Virus record (IMG/VR): IMGVR_UViG_3300040801_004034
Span: 62,001 to 126,000 of that record
Length of the DNA: 64,000 nt
Direction: 5' to 3' (one strand)
This document shows, piece by piece, positions 1-7,975 of the stretch (within the stretch, counting starts at the first letter, position 1; each line of letters begins with the position of its first letter). Under the pieces are notes generated by a model that saw nothing but the letters and a program-made list of their open reading frames with translations, made no database searches and had not been told where the DNA came from. The position numbers and the translations under genes were made by a program.

Positions 1-7
1 TATTGTT

Positions 8-823
8 ATGTTTATCGGATTCATTTATATAGTATATTATATAGGTAATAATAGTATAATCAAGGACCACAGTTATATAGGTTCAAGATTATACAACAAA
101 GGTTGGGAGACGTACATGGGATCATCTGTATCAAATAACGAGAAGTGTGTTATTTGGCGAAATGAACTTAAAACCAATCCAGAGAATTTTAAACGTGTGA
201 TTTTAAAAAATGTGACTGATAGTGAGAACATTTACACCGAAGAACATTTAATGATGGAAAAATTTGGTGTTGATTTAAAATCCAATAGTAAGTGGATTAA
301 TAGATCTTTCCCGATATTAAATGGATTATCCGACAATTTCTTAGATGATGATCAGTTACAAGCTATAAAAGAAAAACGTAAACAAACATGCATACAAAAA
401 TATGGTGTTGATCACCCTTCTAAAACAATCATAAATAGAAAAAAATGTAAAGCGCGTTTCAACACTGATGATGTCCGTAAAAGACGAGGTAAAAGTATTT
501 CGAAAGCGTGGAAAAACAAAACAAAAATTGAACTAGAACAAATTACACAAAAACGTACAAAAAAATTACAGAAATATCTCAGTAACCAAAAAAATTATTC
601 AAAACACTGTGAAATGAGAAAACGTACAGCATTAAAATGGTGGGTCACAGTTGAATGTATTGAAACTAATAAAACATTTTCATTTTTTAAAAACGATAGT
701 TTATATCATATACAAGTAGGTCCTGGACAAATAATGAAACGTATAAGGAAAGTCACAATGTCACCTTTTAAAAGTAAAGATGGTATGACATACAGGTTGA
801 TATCATGTATTAAAAAACACTAA
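8..823 (+). CDS. Free-standing GIY-YIG (Seg-like) homing endonuclease
   Basis: N-terminal GFIYIV...YIGS...YMGSS motif; basic C-terminal region with a KRKQTCIQKYGV repeat typical of phage endonuclease DNA-binding tails. Confidence 0.7.
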   Translation: MFIGFIYIVYYIGNNSIIKDHSYIGSRLYNKGWETYMGSSVSNNEKCVIWRNELKTNPENFKRVILKNVTDSENIYTEEHLMMEKFGVDLKSNSKWINRSFPILNGLSDNFLDDDQLQAIKEKRKQTCIQKYGVDHPSKTIINRKKCKARFNTDDVRKRRGKSISKAWKNKTKIELEQITQKRTKKLQKYLSNQKNYSKHCEMRKRTALKWWVTVECIETNKTFSFFKNDSLYHIQVGPGQIMKRIRKVTMSPFKSKDGMTYRLISCIKKH

Positions 824-836
824 ACCAAATCCCATT

Positions 837-1322
837 TTACCAATTATTGATTCTACGTTCTATTTCATATTTCCATGTTTCTTTATCTGTAAAAACAGGA
901 ATATTATATCGTTGACATACGATATCTACGTTGCCTTTACGATAGAAATCATCACAATAAACAACTACCTTATCGTCTTTTGCATGGAGACCAAGCTCTA
1001 ACAAAGATATAGGTGATTGACTTCCGTTTGCAAAATACAGTGCAATAATATCACACTGTTCTAAATGATCTAGCTCCCACTGAACTTGTTCATAAAATTG
1101 TTTTTCGTTCAGACCTTGTTTCCACGATGAATCCCAATCGGATCGACGAGGGTTAAACCACACGCATTTTTTCGATTTAAATTCGTTTGCAAGTTCATCC
1201 TGCCAATCTTCAGCTGCGCCCATATCAATCGACCCTGCTAAAAAAATCCAAGGTCGACTTCGATCATAATGTTTACCCGGGTATATCTCAGGTGGTTTTA
1301 CTATTGTATGCTCTTCACCCAT
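837..1322 (-). CDS. Nucleoside 2-deoxyribosyltransferase-like protein
   Basis: IFLAGSIDMG..DWQ, FNPRR.DW, QVQWEL, SPISLLELGL motifs. Confidence 0.8.
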   Translation of the reverse strand: MGEEHTIVKPPEIYPGKHYDRSRPWIFLAGSIDMGAAEDWQDELANEFKSKKCVWFNPRRSDWDSSWKQGLNEKQFYEQVQWELDHLEQCDIIALYFANGSQSPISLLELGLHAKDDKVVVYCDDFYRKGNVDIVCQRYNIPVFTDKETWKYEIERRINNW

Positions 1323-1323
1323 A

Positions 1324-1845
1324 TTATTTTAATAGTTTGACCGAATCTACTCGGAATTCGATATCTGTCGAACCAAATTCGTTATCTACTTTTGTGCTAT
1401 TAATTTGACCTAACCAGTTAGCAAAAAACGCACAACCATCGCTATTGATATCACTGTTTACAAAGTATGTATTACAATGTTTTTCATGATTATGATCAAA
1501 GTACATATTAAGTAGTACTGCTTGTTTGATGAGTTTTTTAGCATATCCGAACCCTCTGTGGTTCTTACTTGTAGCAATATAATATGTTTTCAATACACCT
1601 AATCCTTTTGTATGTGTTGTAAATGCATGTACTGCTACAATATCTCGTTTTGCTCCTGTCACAGGATTAGGTGTATCATATTCATCATACATAATATGAA
1701 TAGGAAATTCTTCCCACCAGTTACGTGATTCCCATAACCACATGAATGTGTTCATAATGAACCCATCTGTATTATTATACAACCACTCACCTATTTGCAG
1801 TTTTTCTTCATTTGTCGGGCTTAATAGTGCATTTGTTTTTATCAT
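1324..1845 (-). CDS. GNAT-family acetyltransferase
   Basis: Acetyl-CoA binding motif A, YIATSKNHRGFGYAKKLI. Confidence 0.65.
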   Translation of the reverse strand: MIKTNALLSPTNEEKLQIGEWLYNNTDGFIMNTFMWLWESRNWWEEFPIHIMYDEYDTPNPVTGAKRDIVAVHAFTTHTKGLGVLKTYYIATSKNHRGFGYAKKLIKQAVLLNMYFDHNHEKHCNTYFVNSDINSDGCAFFANWLGQINSTKVDNEFGSTDIEFRVDSVKLLK

Positions 1846-1863
1846 AAAAATTTGTTATTGTGT

Positions 1864-2129
1864 TTATTTTTTGTCTGCCCAACGAAAAAACGCTGGTTCC
1901 TGTTCGAGTTCTGATCTCAATTTCTGTTCTTCGTCGCCTTCCAAAGTAGCCCATTTTTCTACTTGAAGTTCTAGTTGACCATCTCTCAACTTATTACGTT
2001 CATTTTCTGCATCAACACGACGTTTAAATTCTTCATAAGTGGCTATTTTTTCGTAGGTTCATAGTCAGAAAGTTTATGATACCACTCTATTGAATTATTT
2101 GATTCTCTATAATGATATGTTCTTTTCAT
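1864..2129 (-). pseudogene. Small gene (~88 aa) broken by a 1-nt frameshift in an A6 run
   Basis: ATG at 2129 reads MKRTYHY...YEPTKK* ; the -1 frame continues IATYEEFKRRVD...FRWADKK* to 1864; one extra A at 2046-2051 would join them. Confidence 0.5.
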
Positions 2130-2155
2130 TATAGGAAATATTAATTTAGGTATGC

Positions 2156-2824
2156 TCATATATTTAAAAATGGTGATCTGTTTTTGAAATTAGCAACTGG
2201 TATAACACCTTCTTTTGTGAATTGATAGATTTTCCCATCTTCAGCTGATATCATATCGTTTTGTTGAATGCTACTAAAGCTATCTTCATCATAGAATAAT
2301 GTACTACCTTGTCTTGCAAGATAAACATTCATTGTTCGTGTATTCACAAGCCATAATGCAAATGTACCGTTTAGTAAACTGATAACGTTCCTGAGAATTT
2401 CATGTTCATTGTTTTCATCATCAATTACACCAAATGTTGCAAGTAAAGCTGGAATTATACTTGTATCGACTTTATTTTCATGTTTCGGTAAATATTCTTT
2501 AACAAGTTTGTTGAAGTTAGTTAAAACACCGTTGTGTGCTACAAACCAATCACCGGATCTGAATGGATGTGTTGTATCATATGACCAATCCCTTTCATTA
2601 CTTGTTGGAGCCTGGTTATGACCGAGATAAAACAGTTCGTTTGAGTCATCCTCTTGTAACCTAACCTTATCCCAAACAAATACACCTTCAGCTTTATGTA
2701 CATTATATGTCCCAGATATACCATTATATCTAAACACACCGCAACTGAAATTACCTCTTTCAGCGTTAATCAAGCCAAGGTCTATAAATTTTTTCTTTGA
2801 AAACGAACCGTACACACCACACAT
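2156..2824 (-). CDS. Class II (Ntn) glutamine amidotransferase
   Basis: N-terminal M-C-G nucleophile, ERG, GHNQAPT, THPF, AHNG and VDT motifs. Confidence 0.85.
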   Translation of the reverse strand: MCGVYGSFSKKKFIDLGLINAERGNFSCGVFRYNGISGTYNVHKAEGVFVWDKVRLQEDDSNELFYLGHNQAPTSNERDWSYDTTHPFRSGDWFVAHNGVLTNFNKLVKEYLPKHENKVDTSIIPALLATFGVIDDENNEHEILRNVISLLNGTFALWLVNTRTMNVYLARQGSTLFYDEDSFSSIQQNDMISAEDGKIYQFTKEGVIPVANFKNRSPFLNI

Positions 2825-2881
2825 TTTAATCTTTCTACTTCAATTATAGTATATAGAATAAAGAAAACAATAAATAATTGT

Positions 2882-4123
2882 ATGAACATTGGTTGGAACA
2901 ACAGAGAAATTATTATTCCAAAGAAGCCTCAGCTTCTTGAAGAGAACACACTTATTGAAGAAAGTATTGCAAAGACACTTAAGCCTGTAATGACAAGACT
3001 TAAGAAAATGAACGTCGGTGTACCGTATCGTGATAGTAGATTGTTTTTCTTCCAATTTCTCAAAGACAAACACCCAGATCTTATTCCGCAAGATTGGCCA
3101 CAAACTCGTAAGCCAGCTGCTAAAGACGTTAATGCTATGGTTGGTCAGATTGCGATAGATAATCCTGATAAGTTAGACAAAATCAGCACTGAATTTGAAA
3201 AGTACGCAAAAGAAGATGTTCAAGGAACAGATGGAGATAGAGTTGCTCAATTCCTCAATACTGCAGCATCACTTAGACACGATAAAGGTGTTAGACCAAA
3301 AGCTGGTGAAGGTTTTGTTAAAAAGGATCTTAGCAAACTTAAAGCAAAAGATATTGCAGCAACAACATACGACGCACCTGTAAAACAGAAAAAAGAAACA
3401 GGTAAGGAAGATGATTACAAGGATATCAAAGATGAGAAGCTTATGCTTCGTGCAGCAATTGGTACAGTTCTTCAAAGAATCCGCGGTGATGGTGAAATCA
3501 ACCCAGAAGCAGTTACAAACGTTGAAGATGCAATTAAAAAGATCGACACAGTTGCAGAAATGGAGCGTTTTATTGCATATCTCAAACCAATGGAAGAGTA
3601 TTGGGAAATTGCAAATTATCTTGAAGATGCTCTTGACCCAATTGAAACAAATCTTGGAGATATGGGTACGGAAAATGAAGAAGGTACACCTGCTAACAAC
3701 TTAGCGGATGAAAGAATTGATCCAAGAGAAGGTCTAGATGAACCCGGTGCAGCTACTGATGAAATTCCAGCTCTTGAATACCTTTTAGATAGTCCAGACT
3801 TTCAACAAGTTAAAAACGGTAGAGATCTATTAGAATTTCCGGAATTGTTTGATGCATTGTTCAGTCACTTTCAACATGAAATGCCATATGGTGTTCAAAA
3901 AGCAAGAGATGGTGACCCTGATCAGTGGATTATGAACAAACTTGAAGAAATGGGTGAACTTAACCATAAACCAAGTGAACAAGAATGTGTTCGTCATAAT
4001 GAATCAGTTAAATTATCACCTCAAGCAGTAAATCAACAGCTTCAAGAAGGTTATCGTCAAAGAATGCAAAACAACCGTGTTGTTGACCAACGTTATGCTG
4101 GTACAGGACGTTACATGAGATAA
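2882..4123 (+). CDS. Hypothetical late protein (possible internal head protein)
   Basis: 413-aa ORF preceded by TAAATA-N5-ATG; acidic, with LxE motifs. Confidence 0.6.
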   Translation: MNIGWNNREIIIPKKPQLLEENTLIEESIAKTLKPVMTRLKKMNVGVPYRDSRLFFFQFLKDKHPDLIPQDWPQTRKPAAKDVNAMVGQIAIDNPDKLDKISTEFEKYAKEDVQGTDGDRVAQFLNTAASLRHDKGVRPKAGEGFVKKDLSKLKAKDIAATTYDAPVKQKKETGKEDDYKDIKDEKLMLRAAIGTVLQRIRGDGEINPEAVTNVEDAIKKIDTVAEMERFIAYLKPMEEYWEIANYLEDALDPIETNLGDMGTENEEGTPANNLADERIDPREGLDEPGAATDEIPALEYLLDSPDFQQVKNGRDLLEFPELFDALFSHFQHEMPYGVQKARDGDPDQWIMNKLEEMGELNHKPSEQECVRHNESVKLSPQAVNQQLQEGYRQRMQNNRVVDQRYAGTGRYMR

Positions 4124-4124
4124 T

Positions 4125-4448
4125 ATGATGTTTTCTAAACTTAGTGAGATGGTGGCAGCTGCTGATTTTGATCATTATAAAGATGTTGACGCAGTGGCTG
4201 AACCAGAGCAGGTCAATGACCAACATGAAGAAGACTTATACAAGTCAATTAAAGTTGATCCTGAAAAATTACTCACATACAATAAAACACAAATTGAACT
4301 ATTAAAAAATATTTTTAGTTCGAAAGGTCTCGCACCTCAGGATGTTGAGTTAGCAATGATGAAAGCACTTAGTAGTGCTATAACACAACGAAGAATACGT
4401 TTACATCTTGCTGCTAATAAGCCTGAGTTATTTGATTACGCTGTGTAA
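4125..4448 (+). CDS. Hypothetical protein
   Basis: 107-aa ORF directly downstream of the previous gene. Confidence 0.55.
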   Translation: MMFSKLSEMVAAADFDHYKDVDAVAEPEQVNDQHEEDLYKSIKVDPEKLLTYNKTQIELLKNIFSSKGLAPQDVELAMMKALSSAITQRRIRLHLAANKPELFDYAV

Positions 4449-5107
4449 TCTTGTTTAGATGTTGCTCTCCATATTAATTTCAACCCTTTATATGGATTAT
4501 TTTTCTTAACCCCACCTTTGAGTTTAATATAAGCCGCTGCGTTGCCGAACACTTTCATGCCATCCTCTGTTGTATCAAACCTATATTGTTTACCTTCATA
4601 TTCAAGTATAAATGGACGTAAACGACTTTTGCGTATTTTTAATTTAACATCATCACGCATGAAAGGATTATCTCTTTTCATCCTTTCAGAACGTGCTTTT
4701 GCAACATCTTTTCTATAATTAGGATTAATTGACTTATCTTTCATCCTTTCACTACATTTTTTCCTACGCTCTTCTGACCATATCTCTTCCTTTTGTTCAG
4801 AACTATATGAAAATTTTGCCCCTGTAGTGTCGAAGCCTTCAGTTGCATATGTAAGATTATAAAACATCGGATCTTCTTTAACACGATATTTCTTCTGCCA
4901 ATAGATTTCTTGTTGCTCAAGTTCCGCAGCAGTTTCACAATCTTGTAGTAATACCCGGGTAAAATTAGATGCACCCAATCTATCGATGTCATCCAATAAG
5001 GCCCATGATGATCCTAAATATGTTTCCCAATTTTTTGAATAAGTCTTACGGCCTATGTATTTTTTACCACTTATATTGTTTGTTGTCAAATAAATAAATC
5101 CTATCAT
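4436..5107 (-). CDS. Free-standing GIY-YIG (Seg-like) homing endonuclease
   Basis: GFIYLTTNNISGKKYIGRK...YLGS...FYNL; late promoter TAAATA at 5113-5118. Confidence 0.8.
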   Translation of the reverse strand: MIGFIYLTTNNISGKKYIGRKTYSKNWETYLGSSWALLDDIDRLGASNFTRVLLQDCETAAELEQQEIYWQKKYRVKEDPMFYNLTYATEGFDTTGAKFSYSSEQKEEIWSEERRKKCSERMKDKSINPNYRKDVAKARSERMKRDNPFMRDDVKLKIRKSRLRPFILEYEGKQYRFDTTEDGMKVFGNAAAYIKLKGGVKKNNPYKGLKLIWRATSKQDYTA

Positions 5108-5140
5108 ACAATTATTTATTGGGATAGGTCAGATGAATTT

Positions 5141-5908
5141 CTATTCTACATCAAATTTATAATCTATATATGGAATTTTTATACAACCGTTTTCTTTATA
5201 CATTTTGTTCAAAGCTTCTTGTTGTTTATATTCTATAGGATCAATATATTTTGCATCTATAAAACCTTTTAATCTTAACGAACTACTTGCTGTTTTAGCA
5301 TCACAAGGTGATGCACCACTATAACATGTAAATGTTTTATCAAATGGTACTTCAAGATTTACACCAAGTTCCATGATTTCTTTCTTCGATAAATCTAATA
5401 GCGGTGCTTCGATTGTAATGCGATGATGTCTATTAAGTTTTGTAATTTCATTTATTGTGTTGACAAAAGGGTAATCGGAATCCCAGTATCCTGCCAAGCT
5501 ATCCACCTGAGCTGCTCCATACCACACAACATCTGCACCGACCGATTCAGCATATGAACAACATACAGTAATAAACAATAGATTTCTAAACGGTACATAT
5601 GTCTTCGGTTGTGCTTCACCAATCACCGTGTCTGTTGTTGGTGTTTCAATATCATTATTGGTTAATGAACTTACATTTGCAAGTCTATTCAATAACATCA
5701 TGTCAATAATCTGATTTGTGATAGTAACATTTGGATATTTTCTACATGCATGTTGAATTAATTTAAGAGCACAACTTATTTCAGTATTATGTCTCTGGTT
5801 GTAATCAAACGTTATAGTATGTACTTCTGAATACTCTTCACAAGCTTTATGAAGTAGAACAGCACTATCTGCTCCACCTGATACTGTTAATACAATTTTT
5901 TTATTCAT
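5141..5908 (-). CDS. queC: 7-cyano-7-deazaguanine synthase QueC
   Basis: SGGADS PP-loop, TITFDYNQRH, YVPFRN, GYWD, APLLDLSKKEI, TFTCY; likely start Met at 5908. Confidence 0.9.
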   Translation of the reverse strand: MNKKIVLTVSGGADSAVLLHKACEEYSEVHTITFDYNQRHNTEISCALKLIQHACRKYPNVTITNQIIDMMLLNRLANVSSLTNNDIETPTTDTVIGEAQPKTYVPFRNLLFITVCCSYAESVGADVVWYGAAQVDSLAGYWDSDYPFVNTINEITKLNRHHRITIEAPLLDLSKKEIMELGVNLEVPFDKTFTCYSGASPCDAKTASSSLRLKGFIDAKYIDPIEYKQQEALNKMYKENGCIKIPYIDYKFDVE

Positions 5909-6155
5909 TTTCATTGTTTTTGATTTGTTCATCAATTGATGCTAAAACTGATTTTAATGTTTCATTATCGTGTGGTAATTGATCAAATACAAATTCAGGT
6001 GTTAATCGAACCTCTTTATTATCATCATTTGTATAAACCAGTTTCGGATGAAGATTTTCATCTATGATTCTTTCTAAAAACGTATACCCTCTTTCACTAA
6101 GATAATATGCTATACACTTTTCATTAATTTTATAATCATCAATCTTCTTGTTCAT
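5901..6155 (-). CDS. Hypothetical protein
   Basis: Short ORF overlapping uvsX and queC in the same operon. Confidence 0.5.
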   Translation of the reverse strand: MNKKIDDYKINEKCIAYYLSERGYTFLERIIDENLHPKLVYTNDDNKEVRLTPEFVFDQLPHDNETLKSVLASIDEQIKNNENE

Positions 6156-7230
6156 CTTCGTCTGGTGTTTCATTATGTTCTTTGCTACCGTATTTCCACT
6201 CTACAGCAATACGTTCTTCAATACGTGGTACAATTCGTTCATCCCACAACTTAGTGTTGTTTTTCCAGGTTCCAAAATATCCTAATTTCTCACCATCAAT
6301 TGTATATGTAGCTCCAGATTGTTCAACTACACCTAATCCTTTTGCTAGTGCAAGAAGACCATAATATTTGTCTAAACCACTAGCAAATGACAGATACATT
6401 TCACCTTCAAGATACTGTTGCACAAAACGATTTTTAACAGTAAGTGCTCGTAAGATAACACCCGGGAAGTTCTTTTGACCTGTTGTAAGTTTACCATCTG
6501 TATTATCTTTACCTTCTTTAATCGGTTTACGAGCTAACTGAACTGTAACCGATGGAAGATATACAACTGCTTTACCACCCGGCATCAATTTCTCAAGTGA
6601 TGGAAACATTGCTGATGGGTCTTCATAAACATGGTTTGTTGCAAGAATGGTTGTCTGTGTAAGACCACTCAACTGCACACATGTTCGTAGAAGCGTCTTC
6701 ATTGCTCTAGCACGGCTACCCATATCTGTACTCGTATTGTCTTTCTCCATACGGTTGATCTGGATTTCACTTTCCATATTACCGAGAGAATCAATTGCAA
6801 TAATGAACTTATCAGTCAAACCTTTTTCTTTGGCCACTGTTAAGAACTTATAAATCGCATTTCGACATTCCTCAATCGAAAAGACCGGTACATACTTGAC
6901 TTTTGAAACATCTAAACCAAGAGCTTCAGCACCTTTTCTATCAATTGCATTTTCACTATCAAAAATAACAACTGTATAACCTTCTTTTTGTGCATTAGCA
7001 AGAATACGTTGAACAATGTATGATTTACCAGCCATTGAAGGACCAGCAAATAGTGTCATACGATTTTTGGGTACACCACCAAAAAGAGAACCGGAAATGA
7101 TGCCGTTAAGCACCATTGATCCGGTATCAAACCACCCACCTGTACTACTCAACGTTTCTTCGTCAAGAAACGAAGAGTAGGGGTTAAGTTTGTCTATCTC
7201 ACCTAAAACAGAAGTTATATCTTTATCCAT
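6139..7230 (-). CDS. uvsX: RecA-like recombinase UvsX
   Basis: DTGSMVLNGIISG, Walker A GPSMAGKS, FDSENA, IDSLG, TNHVY, GG and KNRF motifs. Confidence 0.92.
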   Translation of the reverse strand: MDKDITSVLGEIDKLNPYSSFLDEETLSSTGGWFDTGSMVLNGIISGSLFGGVPKNRMTLFAGPSMAGKSYIVQRILANAQKEGYTVVIFDSENAIDRKGAEALGLDVSKVKYVPVFSIEECRNAIYKFLTVAKEKGLTDKFIIAIDSLGNMESEIQINRMEKDNTSTDMGSRARAMKTLLRTCVQLSGLTQTTILATNHVYEDPSAMFPSLEKLMPGGKAVVYLPSVTVQLARKPIKEGKDNTDGKLTTGQKNFPGVILRALTVKNRFVQQYLEGEMYLSFASGLDKYYGLLALAKGLGVVEQSGATYTIDGEKLGYFGTWKNNTKLWDERIVPRIEERIAVEWKYGSKEHNETPDEDEQED

Positions 7231-7237
7231 GTATTAA

Positions 7238-7585
7238 TTATAACACATGATCGGTATCTTTCAATACCTCTACAATCTTTTTAGAAAGATAATTGTTCTT
7301 ATCTTTGTTCTCATCCAAGAACTCACGCCATGTTTGAATAACACTGCGGATCTTTTGGAGCTCTGGATTTGCAACAGGTCCGAGACCTTTATCAGCTCCA
7401 GCAATTGCGTTTTTCAATACATTGATAGCACCTTCAACACCTGCTGCTTGACCACGAGCAAAGGCCGGGTGCTGTCTTGGCGTATCGTCTGTTTCAGGGT
7501 TGTCTAGATATGATCCATGTTTAATATTTGAAAACTTATAGTCATCATTCGGATCAACTTTTGCTTCTTGATATAATTTACTCAT
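7238..7585 (-). CDS. Hypothetical protein
   Basis: 115-aa ORF in the replication operon. Confidence 0.55.
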   Translation of the reverse strand: MSKLYQEAKVDPNDDYKFSNIKHGSYLDNPETDDTPRQHPAFARGQAAGVEGAINVLKNAIAGADKGLGPVANPELQKIRSVIQTWREFLDENKDKNNYLSKKIVEVLKDTDHVL

Positions 7586-7946
7586 CGAACAAATTGATTA
7601 CCTTGTCATCACCTTGTGCGGGTACATTTTCAACAAGCTTGGGACGAACGATACGTTGATATTGCTCACCGATGCGAGCATCGATGTCAAAGCCTTTACT
7701 CATTGTGATTTGATCATTCTTATAAACGAATGTTACATCACGGTTACCATCTGCATCCGGCTCAACAAACTCACCGAAAAATAAAGGAAATAGCTGAACA
7801 GCCATTTGACCTTGTTGCTGCTGTTGAACGTTAATCATAACCGGATTGGTTACAGCTAGCTCACCAGACTGTTGTTCATCCGCCTTTTCGGCGAAAATTG
7901 TGCGACCTGTTTGGTCAAGGAACATTACGTATTTATTTTCTTCCAT
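7578..7946 (-). CDS. Hypothetical protein
   Basis: 122-aa ORF with TTGACT-N16-TAAAAT upstream. Confidence 0.6.
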   Translation of the reverse strand: MEENKYVMFLDQTGRTIFAEKADEQQSGELAVTNPVMINVQQQQQGQMAVQLFPLFFGEFVEPDADGNRDVTFVYKNDQITMSKGFDIDARIGEQYQRIVRPKLVENVPAQGDDKVINLFDE

Positions 7947-7975
7947 ATCTTATTTTATAAACATTAAACTCGAAG

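Noticed and set aside
5141-5908. QueC as part of a Qat or type IV CBASS defence system
   Set aside because: No TatD/ATPase, cyclase or TGT partners are adjacent, and the queD/queE/folE2 set is present
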